64,000 bases of DNA from Geopsychrobacteraceae bacterium. Lineage in GTDB: Bacteria > Desulfobacterota > Desulfuromonadia > Desulfuromonadales > Geopsychrobacteraceae. The notes under the pieces were generated by a model that saw only the letters and a program-made list of their open reading frames with translations, was not told the origin of the DNA and made no database searches. The stretch is from contig CAXXTB010000002.1 of assembly GCA_963676795.2 (NCBI GenBank), positions 608,001 through 672,000 of the forward strand. Reading direction: 5' to 3'. The position numbers and the translations under genes were made by a program. Positions within the stretch are counted from its first letter, which is position 1, and the number at the start of each line of letters is the position of its first letter. This document shows positions 1 through 10,221 of the stretch, piece after piece.

Positions 1-308
1 GAACTGTCGACCAGGATACACAGCGCACCCTGAATGCCATCAGCGGTGACGATCGGGTTGACCCCGGCGAGGTATTCCCGGCCGTTGATCTGCACCGGTG
101 TTTCGCAACACTCCTGCTCTGCACTCAAAACCTTCCGGATCTGAATCCAGAAGGGCGGAAAATCCGCCTCCAGGGAGCTGTGCAGACTGAGCTGCAACTC
201 CTTCTGAGCTTTGTTGCTGAGCCGAAAGATGACGCCTGCAGGATCGACGGCAATGATGTTGCGTGCCGTCGCATCAAGCAGCGACTGTATATCAAGAAGA
301 CAGGTCAT
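1..308 (-). CDS. PAS-domain signalling protein, N-terminal part (runs off the window; possibly a sigma-54 activator)
   Basis: Manual translation from ATG 308: MTCLLDIQSLLDATARNIIAVDPAGVIFRLSNKAQKEL..., open to the window edge; PAS-like 'IIAVDPAG..N.A' pattern. Not in the ORF track because it is truncated. Confidence 0.6.
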   Translation of the reverse strand, partial: MTCLLDIQSLLDATARNIIAVDPAGVIFRLSNKAQKELQLSLHSSLEADFPPFWIQIRKVLSAEQECCETPVQINGREYLAGVNPIVTADGIQGALCILVDS

Positions 309-358
309 GCATGCAGTATGCATTTATGCATCAAATTATGCAATGTTGAATAGTGGGC

Positions 359-1468
359 CTATTCGCCGATGTTGAGTGATTCCCAGAATTCGGCGGCCTC
401 TTTCCAGCGTAAAGCCTCATCCAGATCCTGGGCGACACCGGTCCCGGTTGAATACATCACCCCCAGGCAGTACTGGGCTTTGGTGTGCCCCTGATCCGCG
501 GCGCGGGTCAGCCAGCGTTTCCCTTCGTTCGGATCGCGATCAACCCCCTTGCCGTTCAGGTACATGATGCCGAGGTTGTACTGGGCGTCAGCGCTGTCGG
601 CCTTGGCCGCTTCGAGCCACCAGTGATAGGCGAGCTGCAGATCCTGATTGATGCCGATTCCCTTGGCAAACTGATGACCGAGCAGGACCTGGGCCCGCTG
701 ATGACCACGGGTTGCCGCCTGTTTCAGCAGCACGACTGCCGTGCTCGGATCGCGGATTTCCTCACTGCCCAAGCAGAGCAGGCGCCCCAGATGATAGATG
801 GCGTCCAGGTAGTTCTGCTCTGCCGCTTTCTGCAGCCATTTGCGCGCTTCGGTAAAGTTCTGCAGCACCCCGGTGCCGCGTGCGTACATCATTCCCAGGT
901 GATACTGGGCTGTCGGCAGCCCCTGGTCGGCGGCCTGACGCAGAAACTGTTTGGCTTTGGAGTAGTTCTTTTTGACCCCTTTGCCGACCAGATACATGTG
1001 GCCGAGGGTGAACTGGACCTTGGGGTTTCCCTGATCCGCAGCCAGCCCCCACCAGCGTCGGGCTTCGATGAAATCCTTAGGGACGCCGTGCCCCTTGGCG
1101 TACATCAGGCCGAGATTGTACTGGGCGTCGGAGAACTGCTGATCAGCGGCTTTGCGGAACCAGTGGAGCGCCTGGTCGTAGTCGAGCTCGACGCCGCGCC
1201 CCTTGATATAGGCCTGCCCCAGGATGTTCTGAGCCCGGGCATATCCCATCTCTGCCGCCTGGCGGTAGTATTTGACTGCTTCCTGAGGGTTAATGGCGGT
1301 TCCCTTGCCGGTATCGTACATCCGTCCCAGCATGAAGATCGCTTGCGGATATTTGTGCTGGGCGGAAAGGCGGAACCAGCGCATTGCCTCAGTATAGGAG
1401 CGTTCAACGCCTTTTCCCTGAAACAGGTTCATTCCTACGTGGTAGTGCGAGCGGGCCATGTCGGTCAT
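359..1468 (-). CDS. Sel1-like (SLR/TPR) repeat protein
   Basis: About 10 repeats of ~36 aa of the type AQYNLGxMYxxGxGVxxDxxEAxxWxxxAAxQG. Confidence 0.95.
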   Translation of the reverse strand: MTDMARSHYHVGMNLFQGKGVERSYTEAMRWFRLSAQHKYPQAIFMLGRMYDTGKGTAINPQEAVKYYRQAAEMGYARAQNILGQAYIKGRGVELDYDQALHWFRKAADQQFSDAQYNLGLMYAKGHGVPKDFIEARRWWGLAADQGNPKVQFTLGHMYLVGKGVKKNYSKAKQFLRQAADQGLPTAQYHLGMMYARGTGVLQNFTEARKWLQKAAEQNYLDAIYHLGRLLCLGSEEIRDPSTAVVLLKQAATRGHQRAQVLLGHQFAKGIGINQDLQLAYHWWLEAAKADSADAQYNLGIMYLNGKGVDRDPNEGKRWLTRAADQGHTKAQYCLGVMYSTGTGVAQDLDEALRWKEAAEFWESLNIGE

Positions 1469-1634
1469 AGGTCAATATCCTGTATTTTGATTTGATTCTG
1501 CTAAATATACCAAATGATACACCAAATATACCTCCTGAAAAAGACAGTATATAGTTGCAGCGATATCCTGTTGACACAATGAGATTAAGGTGTTCAAATG
1601 ACAACTTGCTAAAATTTCTTTTTACGGGGGTTTT

Positions 1635-2609
1635 ATGAGCGAGTATCAGAAGCAGGAGATCCTGCTTGAAACCGGGACCAATGAGATGGAGATCATCGAG
1701 TTCTATCTCAACTCCCAGTCTTTCGGCATCAATGTCCAGAAACTCAAAGAGATCATCCCTTACGATGAAGATGCTGTGACTGTTGTCCCCGGCAGTTCCG
1801 CCGGAATGTTGGGAACCCTCTTGCTGCGCGGCAATACCATTCCTCTGATCGATCTGAAGACCAGCCTTTCCCAGCGTTCTGTCGCAGTTGACAGGGACGT
1901 CCGTCATGTTGTGCTGGTCTGTGAATTCAATAACCGGATCAACGGTTTCAAGGTCGACGGCGTGAACCAGATCCACCGGGTTTCCTGGAAAAATGTCCAG
2001 CCGATGGCGACCTTCATCGATCAGTACCGGCCGCGTTTTACCGGCAGTCTGAATATCGAAGGGCGGGAGATCCTGATCGTCGATCTGGAGCATATCGTTT
2101 CGGAGTATGACCCCGAGTCTGCTCTCGATTATGAAGCCGATCTGCTCGGCGAAGAGATGGCCGAAGCTGTTCCCCGGACCCGGGAAAAGATCAAGCTGAT
2201 GCTCGCTGAAGATTCTTCTCTGATCCGTGCCGGGATCGAAAAAGTTCTGCGTTCGGCCAGTTTTGGAGGGCTGAGGGTCTTTGTCGATGGCCAGGACTGT
2301 TATGATGAGATTCTGAAGATCCGCCAGAAGGTTGCTAATGGCGAAGCACTGAGCGATCACCTTCACCTGTTGATTACCGATATCGAAATGCCCAAGCTGG
2401 ACGGTCTGACCCTGTGTCGGATGATCAAGGAGGACCCGCTGCTGAAAGATCTCAAGGTGGTTCTGTTCTCTTCGCTGATCAACGAACAGATGGTGGTCAA
2501 GTGTGACTCCGTCCATGCTGACGGCTATGCGACAAAACCGCAAATCCCTTATCTGGTTGAGATGATGGACCGGATTCTGGGCCTTGCGGCTGTCGAAGAG
2601 CCAGCGTAG
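1635..2609 (+). CDS. cheV: Chemotaxis protein CheV (CheW + receiver domain)
   Basis: N-terminal CheW domain (ILLETGTNEMEIIEF, FGINVQK) and C-terminal REC domain (AEDS, ITDIEMPKLDG, FSSL). Confidence 0.9.
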   Translation: MSEYQKQEILLETGTNEMEIIEFYLNSQSFGINVQKLKEIIPYDEDAVTVVPGSSAGMLGTLLLRGNTIPLIDLKTSLSQRSVAVDRDVRHVVLVCEFNNRINGFKVDGVNQIHRVSWKNVQPMATFIDQYRPRFTGSLNIEGREILIVDLEHIVSEYDPESALDYEADLLGEEMAEAVPRTREKIKLMLAEDSSLIRAGIEKVLRSASFGGLRVFVDGQDCYDEILKIRQKVANGEALSDHLHLLITDIEMPKLDGLTLCRMIKEDPLLKDLKVVLFSSLINEQMVVKCDSVHADGYATKPQIPYLVEMMDRILGLAAVEEPA

Positions 2610-2720
2610 AATCTCTATTTCGGACCTTGTGAGAGCCAGCCTGGTGTTGCAGGATTGAAGCGCCCTGAAGTTTCCGAAGACAGTTTTCGTTTGGGTTAAC
2701 CCCCCTTATGTAGCAGAACA

Positions 2721-2771
2721 GCCGTCGGAAATGCTCCGTCGGCTGTTTTCATATCTACCACCATTTGATAA
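2721..2771. repeat. 51-bp hairpin-containing repeat, copy 1
   Basis: Ungapped match to 4213-4263, 39/51 identical by manual count; contains the hairpin gccgtcgga-aatgc-tccgtcggc. Confidence 0.7.
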
Positions 2772-2834
2772 TTGCCGATCTTGACGGGCGATTGCCATAC
2801 TGATAATTTTCACTCTAAAAGAAAGGAGCATTTT

Positions 2835-2885
2835 ATGGATATTGTAACCCTGCGCAAAAAGGCAAAGAGAGGTCTGGGAACTTAG
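2835..2885 (+). CDS. Putative leader peptide MDIVTLRKKAKRGLGT upstream of rsgA
   Basis: Strong SD AAGGAG at 2823-2828, ATG 2835, TAG 2883-2885; sigma70-like TTGACG at 2781 with an AT-rich -10 region; overlaps alternative hairpins. Confidence 0.6.
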   Translation: MDIVTLRKKAKRGLGT

Positions 2886-3027
2886 TATTTTAGTCCCCCC
2901 CACTCCTTCTTTGCCCGGACATTGAGCCGGGTTTCTCTGATTTTTGCAGAAACCCAACCTGATTTACCTGATTGCAGTCTGTCAGGCCATATAGCTTTTC
3001 GGACAAAATCGCCCGAAGGGGGTTTCT

Positions 3028-4095
3028 ATGCCAAAGCCATCTCATTCTCTAGTCCAATTGGGCTGGAGCCACTTTTTTCAACAACAACTGAGTCTTGAAG
3101 AATGGGAATCGACGTTTCCCGCTCGCGTATTTGCTGTTTACCGTCAGAGTATTGATATTGTCAGTGTGCATGGACCTCAGCAGATTTCCCTACCGGGAAC
3201 CTGGCATTTAAGGGCGCCTGAAGAACTTCCCACGGTCGGCGACTGGTTGCTGATCGATTCCGCAACCGGTCAGCTACATAAAATGCTGGAGCGGAAAAGC
3301 CTGTTTCGGCGCAGGGCCGCCGGGAAGGACGCGAGACTTCAACTGATAGCGGCCAACATCGACACCCTGTTTATTGTTACCTCATGCAATCAGGACTTCA
3401 ATCTGTCACGTTTGGAGCGCTATCTGGCGCTTGCGCTGGAAGCTGGAGTGAACCCGGTACTTGTCCTGACCAAGGCAGATTTATGTGATCATGCCTCAAC
3501 CTATCGCCAGCAAGCACAAAGCATAAATCCTGATTTGGCGATAGAAAGTGTCAATGCTTTGGAGTCCTCCTCCGTTGAGCCTCTGTATTCCTGGTGCGCT
3601 ATCGGCCAGACCATCGCCCTGGTGGGATCTTCAGGTGTCGGGAAATCAACGCTGATCAATACTCTTTGTGGTGTGGATGCTCAGAAGACCAATGCGATTC
3701 GTGAGGACGATGCCAGGGGGCGTCACACAACGACCTCCAGAAGCCTGCACATGCTCCCCGGGGGAGGTCTTCTCATCGATAATCCCGGCATGCGCGAACT
3801 GCAGCTCAGTGAATGTGCCAGTGGCGTTTCTGAGCTGTTTGCAGAGATTGAAGACCTCGCAACGAGTTGCCGTTACAATGATTGCCGACATCAAAGCGAG
3901 GACGGCTGTGCAGTAAAAGCAGCCCTCGAACGTGGCGCTGTTGACTCAAGGCGATTTGCCAATTACCAGAAACTCAAAGCGGAACAAGACCGCAATGCGG
4001 AAACCATTGCAGAGCGGCGTCGCCGAGAGAAAAATTTCGGCAAGTTATGTAGAAGTGCTTCTGCTGTTCGGCACAAAGAGCGCGGTGGTGCTTGA
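3028..4095 (+). CDS. rsgA: Ribosome small subunit-dependent GTPase A
   Basis: Circularly permuted GTPase motifs TKAD, GSSGVGKS, GRHTT, DNPG and Zn finger CRYNDCRHQSEDGC. Confidence 0.95.
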   Translation: MPKPSHSLVQLGWSHFFQQQLSLEEWESTFPARVFAVYRQSIDIVSVHGPQQISLPGTWHLRAPEELPTVGDWLLIDSATGQLHKMLERKSLFRRRAAGKDARLQLIAANIDTLFIVTSCNQDFNLSRLERYLALALEAGVNPVLVLTKADLCDHASTYRQQAQSINPDLAIESVNALESSSVEPLYSWCAIGQTIALVGSSGVGKSTLINTLCGVDAQKTNAIREDDARGRHTTTSRSLHMLPGGGLLIDNPGMRELQLSECASGVSELFAEIEDLATSCRYNDCRHQSEDGCAVKAALERGAVDSRRFANYQKLKAEQDRNAETIAERRRREKNFGKLCRSASAVRHKERGGA

Positions 4096-4102
4096 CGACT
4101 AA

Positions 4103-4140
4103 AAGAGGAGCCCTGGTAAACGCTGGGGCTCCTTTTTATT
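4103..4140 (+). terminator. Rho-independent terminator after rsgA
   Basis: gaggagccc...ggggctcctttt stem followed by a T tract. Confidence 0.75.
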
Positions 4141-4212
4141 ACAACAAATAACATGTAATCTTAAGCCTGTCCGTTGTTACCGATCAACTATAGACCTTTT
4201 GCAATACAAAAA

Positions 4213-4263
4213 GCCGTCGGAAGTGCTCCGACGGTTTTCTTCAAATGTCCCTATTTTTGATAA
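4213..4263. repeat. 51-bp hairpin-containing repeat, copy 2
   Basis: Match to 2721-2771; hairpin ccgtcgga-agtgc-tccgacgg. Confidence 0.7.
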
Positions 4264-4373
4264 ACTTGGAACCTACCCTGAAAACCCAGTTCGAAAAGTA
4301 CAATCTTGATTTTTAAACGGTTCAGGCCCCCCCCTTTGTCAATGAGGGCAAACCGACAAAAAGAGGTGTCGAG

Positions 4374-5513
4374 ATGGATTCTGCTTTAGGGAGCGGATCT
4401 GTAGAGAATGTGGTCGTTCATGATGTTCATGTTCTCTATGATGTCCCAGGAAAATTTGGTGGCTGGCCTTCGATTGCGCGTACGTCTGAAGGGGAGTTGC
4501 TTGTCGTTTTTTCCGGTGATCGGAAATTTCATGTTGATCCCTATGGAAAAACCGTTTTACTGCGGAGTCGTGATAATGGGCAAAGCTGGAGTGGGCCTCA
4601 AATCATTAACAATTCACCCCTAGATGATCGCGATCCCGGAATTCTGATCTGTTCCGATGGTAGCTGGCTGGTCAGTCTCTTTACGTCCTGTTTATTCGCA
4701 GATTGGCCAAAGGCAAGGGACTATTGCGGTGCGGAAGAGGTCGCTTCCTGGCAGCCTTTTATCACAGATGCCACTTCAGAGGTACGTCAGCAGTATCTGG
4801 GCATGTTCACTTTAATTTCCCGTGATCAGGGAAAAAGTTGGAGCAACTTTCGTATAGCTCCAGTGCACGGCCCCCATGGCCCGATCATCAGTATTGATGG
4901 TGAACTCCTCTATCTTGGAATCGATAGGAATACGCCCCAGCATATTGCCTGCTACTCATCTGATGACCTTGGTGAAAGTTGGCAGTTGCGAGGCATTGTC
5001 GCTGCAGCCCATGCCTTAAATGACATCTATCTTTGTGAACCTCACCTGTTGCAACTGCCGGATGGTCGCCTGATCGGACAAATGCGGGTCAATTCTGCTG
5101 ATATGGAAAAGCGTCAGTTGATGCAGAGTGTCAGTGAGGATGGCGGCCGCAGTTGGAGCCCTGTGCTATCTACAGGAATCTGGGGATTGCCTCCCCACCT
5201 GTTGCGGCATTCTTCTGGGATTGTGTTGAGCAGTTACGGGCATCGACGCAACCCGTTTGGGCAGAGGGTAGCAATGAGCCTGGATAACGGGACAACCTGG
5301 CCTCACATTTTATCGCTTGCGACCATTGATTATAAGGACAAGCATGACGCGGAGGATGTCGGAGAAATATATTACCAGATTCCCGACCTGGGTTATCCCG
5401 CGACCGTGGAGCTGGAGGACGGCAGTCTTTTCAGTGTTTGGTATCAATCCCGAACTACCGGCTCTGGCGCAATCATTAAAGGCTGTCGCTGGACATTGCC
5501 CATAAGGGGGTGA
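4374..5513 (+). CDS. Sialidase-family / BNR Asp-box beta-propeller protein
   Basis: Five Asp boxes: SRDNGQSW, SRDQGKSW, SDDLGESW, SEDGGRSW, SLDNGTTW; C-terminal DLGYP motif. Confidence 0.85.
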   Translation: MDSALGSGSVENVVVHDVHVLYDVPGKFGGWPSIARTSEGELLVVFSGDRKFHVDPYGKTVLLRSRDNGQSWSGPQIINNSPLDDRDPGILICSDGSWLVSLFTSCLFADWPKARDYCGAEEVASWQPFITDATSEVRQQYLGMFTLISRDQGKSWSNFRIAPVHGPHGPIISIDGELLYLGIDRNTPQHIACYSSDDLGESWQLRGIVAAAHALNDIYLCEPHLLQLPDGRLIGQMRVNSADMEKRQLMQSVSEDGGRSWSPVLSTGIWGLPPHLLRHSSGIVLSSYGHRRNPFGQRVAMSLDNGTTWPHILSLATIDYKDKHDAEDVGEIYYQIPDLGYPATVELEDGSLFSVWYQSRTTGSGAIIKGCRWTLPIRG

Positions 5514-5808
5514 ACCACTGAGGGTAATTGTTGAGTGCCATCGCAAGGATCTTCCCTCAGAGCAGAGGGGAGTACCCCGTATTCCCCGAGACTTTTGCTC
5601 TTGAGGAAAATCAGGAAGTGCGGAATTTTAAAACTCAGGATTTATGACCGATCGTTTGAATGACAAGCGAGAGCTATTTCTTCGTTTTCAAAAGTCGCAT
5701 CAAAATGGATTTTCAAATATCTAAGGGATTTTTTCTGGGCTGTTTTCTTTTCTGCGGACTTCGGGTTAAGCTGAGAACAGAGTTATCTGTCTGAAACAGG
5801 GAGGCCCC

Positions 5809-6513
5809 ATGCCCGTACTGAGTGGACCCGTTCTGATCGTTGAAGATGATAAAAACACTTCGAACCTGGTCGCCACTTATCTGCAGAAAGAGGGGTTCAA
5901 GACCCTTGCCGCTTTCGATGGCGAGCAGGCGCTGTTACTGGCAAAGCGCAATAACCCCTGCTTTGTTATTCTCGATGTGATGTTGCCGCGTCTCGACGGC
6001 TGGGAGATCTGCCGCCAACTGCGCAGGTTTTCCGATGTGCCGATCCTGATGCTGACCGCCCGCGAAGAGGAGATCGACCGGGTGATGGGCTTATCGATCG
6101 GAGCTGATGATTATGTCGTCAAGCCGTTCAGTCCGCGCGAACTGGTCGAACGGGTCAAGGCGATTCTGCGCCGGGTTCAGGCCCGTTCTCAGTCAGCCGA
6201 TCCGGTGCTGCGCTTTGAGGGACTTGAACTCGATCCGGTCAAGCTCAAGGTCAGTAAAAACGGTCAGGTTATCAACCTGACCACCTCCGAGTTCAAGCTG
6301 CTCCATTGCCTGATGGCTTCCCCCGGTCAGGTCTTCTCCCGCAACGAACTGCTCGACCGTTTTTACGATCACGGCGAGACTGTGGTCGACCGGGTCATCG
6401 ATGTGCATGTCGGTAAACTGCGCCAGAAGATCGAGGACAATCCTGCCGAACCACGGATGATTATCACCATGCGTGGCTTCGGCTACCGCTTTGCAGAAGC
6501 CGGAGAAGGCTGA
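5809..6513 (+). CDS. OmpR-family response regulator
   Basis: REC domain (VEDD, LDVMLP, KPF) plus winged helix (RVIDVHVGKLRQKIE, RGFGY). Confidence 0.95.
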   Translation: MPVLSGPVLIVEDDKNTSNLVATYLQKEGFKTLAAFDGEQALLLAKRNNPCFVILDVMLPRLDGWEICRQLRRFSDVPILMLTAREEEIDRVMGLSIGADDYVVKPFSPRELVERVKAILRRVQARSQSADPVLRFEGLELDPVKLKVSKNGQVINLTTSEFKLLHCLMASPGQVFSRNELLDRFYDHGETVVDRVIDVHVGKLRQKIEDNPAEPRMIITMRGFGYRFAEAGEG

Positions 6514-6517
6514 AGCC

Positions 6518-7588
6518 ATGCGCCTGCGCCTGCTCTGGAAATTGCTGCTGATCAATGTCCTGCCGGTCATCGGCGGAATCTTTCTGATCGTCTGGTTCGC
6601 CCTCGACAAGCTGGCAGCCAAGTATTTCATGGCGCTGATGAAGAAGTACGAGGTTGCCAGTGACGACATCCATCATATGTTTGTCAGCTCGATCCACTAC
6701 TACCTGGTCTGGGCCTGTCTTGCCGGATTGATTCTCGCTTTCCTGCTCAGTTTTCTGCTGACCCGCAGGGTATTGCGGCCGTTGTCGCAGATGACGGCTA
6801 TCACCCGGGAGGTCAGCGCCGGGAATTATTCCCTACGGGTCGCGACCAATAGCCAGGACGAGATCGGCGAGCTGGCCGTGGCCTTCAATCGCATGGCCGA
6901 CAGCCTGGAGAAGGTCGAACAGCTGCGCAAGAATATGGTCTCCGATGTCGCCCATGAACTGCGCACCCCGCTGACCAATCTGCGTGGTTACCTGGAAGCC
7001 TTTACCGACGGTGTCATCCCTCCGACTCCTGAGACCCTCGACATGCTGCAACAGGAGATCCTGCGCCTGGTACAGTTGGTGGAGAGCCTTCAGCAATTGG
7101 CCCGGGCTGACGCGGCCAGGGCCTTTCTCAAGCGCAAACCGCTGCGCCTGTCCGAACTGGTCGGTCGCCTGCTGGCTCTTCATCAGCTCAATGTTCAGGA
7201 GAAGGAGCTGCTGGTTGAGACCGATTTCTGTGGTGATGAACCTGAAATCCATGGGGATGAGGACAAGCTGCTGCAGGCCTTCCAGAGCCTGATGGAGAAT
7301 TGCATCAAATACACGCCACGCGCTGGTCGGGTTCAGATCCGGATCGCGCCTGATCCGGCCGGTATGCTGGTTGAGTTTGCCAACAGTGGGGCGGCGATTC
7401 CGGCTGCGGATCTGCCTTATATCTTTGAACGCTTCTTCCGGGCCGATCCGTCCCGTTCGCGGGAGAGCGGTGGTGGGGCCGGAATCGGACTGGCGATCAC
7501 CAAGGAGCTGATTGAAGCTCACGGCGGCCAGGTCGGAGCGCAGAGCGGCAGCGGTCTGACGCGCATCTGGGCGATCCTGCCTGCCTGA
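6518..7588 (+). CDS. Sensor histidine kinase (2 TM, HAMP, HisKA, HATPase; BaeS-like)
   Basis: H box VAHELRTPL, HAMP (DEIGELAVAFNRMA), G boxes GAGIGLAI; ATG at 6518 just after the regulator stop. Confidence 0.92.
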   Translation: MRLRLLWKLLLINVLPVIGGIFLIVWFALDKLAAKYFMALMKKYEVASDDIHHMFVSSIHYYLVWACLAGLILAFLLSFLLTRRVLRPLSQMTAITREVSAGNYSLRVATNSQDEIGELAVAFNRMADSLEKVEQLRKNMVSDVAHELRTPLTNLRGYLEAFTDGVIPPTPETLDMLQQEILRLVQLVESLQQLARADAARAFLKRKPLRLSELVGRLLALHQLNVQEKELLVETDFCGDEPEIHGDEDKLLQAFQSLMENCIKYTPRAGRVQIRIAPDPAGMLVEFANSGAAIPAADLPYIFERFFRADPSRSRESGGGAGIGLAITKELIEAHGGQVGAQSGSGLTRIWAILPA

Positions 7589-7728
7589 TTTTTCTCTTAC
7601 TTTTTCCCGTCAAATCTTTATTGAATCTTTACAGACTCGTTTTTTCTGCTTTATCGCCGTTTCCTATGCTGTTGATCAGCGCAGGAGATCAGCTCCTGCA
7701 TAAACAGACAACAGAAATGGAGATATCT

Positions 7729-8016
7729 ATGAAAACTTCAGCAGTCATGTGCAGCGCAATCCTGTTGGCCGTTATGCTTTCATTTTCTGTCAACCCGCTC
7801 TTCGCCGATCAGATGGATACGATGAAAAAAGAGACCATGGAAGATACCGGCATGAAGAAAGAGTCGCAGCCCGTTTCGATGCAGGACAGCTCGATGAAAA
7901 TCGACGACATGCAGAGTGGCAAAGAAACCATGGAAAAGGACGGGATGAAAGCGATGTCAGAGGAGAAGGGAATGCAGATGGCGCCTGACGACATGAAAAA
8001 GGAGCACATGCAGTGA
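7729..8016 (+). CDS. Secreted methionine-rich peptide (pentapeptide MXKDX-like repeats)
   Basis: SD GGAGA before ATG 7729; 26-aa signal peptide ending LFA; mature 69 aa contain 14 Met in MKK/MEKD-type repeats. Confidence 0.85.
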   Translation: MKTSAVMCSAILLAVMLSFSVNPLFADQMDTMKKETMEDTGMKKESQPVSMQDSSMKIDDMQSGKETMEKDGMKAMSEEKGMQMAPDDMKKEHMQ

Positions 8017-8094
8017 TTTTGTCGGGGGCTCTATCGTTGTACTATCTGTCTGATTTAAAATGGCTTTAGATCGGAACAACTTTAGGAGAGCGTT

Positions 8095-9123
8095 ATGAAA
8101 AGAATCATTCTGCTGACCCTGCTCATTCTGGTTGCCGGCGCGTCACTCGCAACGGCTGCGCCACTCGAGAAAGCCCTGTTCGCCGGTGGCTGCTTCTGGT
8201 GCATGGAGCCGCCCTTCGAAAAGCTGAACGGGGTCACGTCGGTCGTGTCCGGCTATGCCGGTGGCACGACGGCGAACCCGACCTATGAGGATTACGACAA
8301 GAACGGCCATATCGAGGTTGTCCAGATCAGCTTTGATCCGGCGATTGTCAGCTATCAGACCCTGCTCGATGTCTTCTGGCGGCAGATCGATCCGACCGAT
8401 GCCGGCGGCCAGTTTGTCGATCGCGGCCACGCCTATATTTCAACGATCTTTTACTATGATGATGAGCAGCGCCGCCTGGCCGAGGCTTCTAAGGCGGCCC
8501 TTGCCAAGAGCGGTCGCTTCGATCAGCCGTTGGTCACCCCGATCGCCCTCGCTCCGCCGTTTTATCCGGCAGAAAGCTATCATCAGGACTACTACAGGAA
8601 CAACAGTTACCGCTATAAATTCTACCGCTTCCGTTCCGGGCGAGACCAGTTCCTCGACAAGGTCTGGGGCGAAGATCGCGAGATCGGGCCTTACTCCAAA
8701 TCGGTGCTTAAAAAGAAACTGACTCCGCTGCAGTACCGGGTGACCCAGGAAGATGCAACAGAACCTTCCTTCGACAACCTTTACTGGGATCACAAGGAGC
8801 CGGGTCTCTACGTTGACATCGTCTCCGGTGAGCCGTTGTTCAGCTCCGTCGACAAGTACGATTCGGGCACCGGCTGGCCGAGTTTTAGCAAACCGCTGGT
8901 CGCTGAAAACGTCATCAAGGTGGACGCTGAAACCCTGATTTCCGAGGTGCGCAGCAGGGAGGCCGATTCTCATCTGGGGCACGTGATCCCTGACGGACCG
9001 CCGCCGGCGGGCCTGCGCTACTGTATCAACTCGGCTGCTCTGAAATTTGTCCCGGTGGCGGAACTGGCATCCACTGGGTATGGACAATTTCTCGTTGAGT
9101 TTCAGGCGCAAAAACAGCCGTAG
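8095..9123 (+). CDS. msrAB: Secreted bifunctional peptide-methionine sulfoxide reductase MsrA/MsrB, copy 1
   Basis: Signal peptide; MsrA GGCFWC and YHQDYY; Msr[20 protein letters not shown]. Confidence 0.95.
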   Translation: MKRIILLTLLILVAGASLATAAPLEKALFAGGCFWCMEPPFEKLNGVTSVVSGYAGGTTANPTYEDYDKNGHIEVVQISFDPAIVSYQTLLDVFWRQIDPTDAGGQFVDRGHAYISTIFYYDDEQRRLAEASKAALAKSGRFDQPLVTPIALAPPFYPAESYHQDYYRNNSYRYKFYRFRSGRDQFLDKVWGEDREIGPYSKSVLKKKLTPLQYRVTQEDATEPSFDNLYWDHKEPGLYVDIVSGEPLFSSVDKYDSGTGWPSFSKPLVAENVIKVDAETLISEVRSREADSHLGHVIPDGPPPAGLRYCINSAALKFVPVAELASTGYGQFLVEFQAQKQP

Positions 9124-9141
9124 GTGATAAGGGGCTTAGGG

Positions 9142-10170
<1,029 letters not shown>

Positions 10171-10176
10171 TCATAT

Positions 10177-10215
10177 GCTCCGTTCCTCCCGTGAGTTTCC
10201 GGGGAGGAACGGAGC
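10177..10215. terminator. Hairpin between convergent msrAB copy 2 and the YkgJ-family gene
   Basis: gctccgttcctccc...gggaggaacggagc, perfect 14-bp stem. Confidence 0.7.
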
Positions 10216-10221
10216 TGTGAA

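Noticed and set aside
1503..1532. Three AAAT(G)ATAC repeats between the Sel1 gene and cheV
   Set aside because: Short, AT-rich and irregularly spaced; cannot be distinguished from chance.
1404..2543. Long antisense ORFs (also 485-1495, 9226-10131, 39174-40589, 42527-43762, 45041-46207 and others)
   Set aside because: They are shadow frames of well-supported genes on the opposite strand in GC-rich DNA and show no recognisable motifs.
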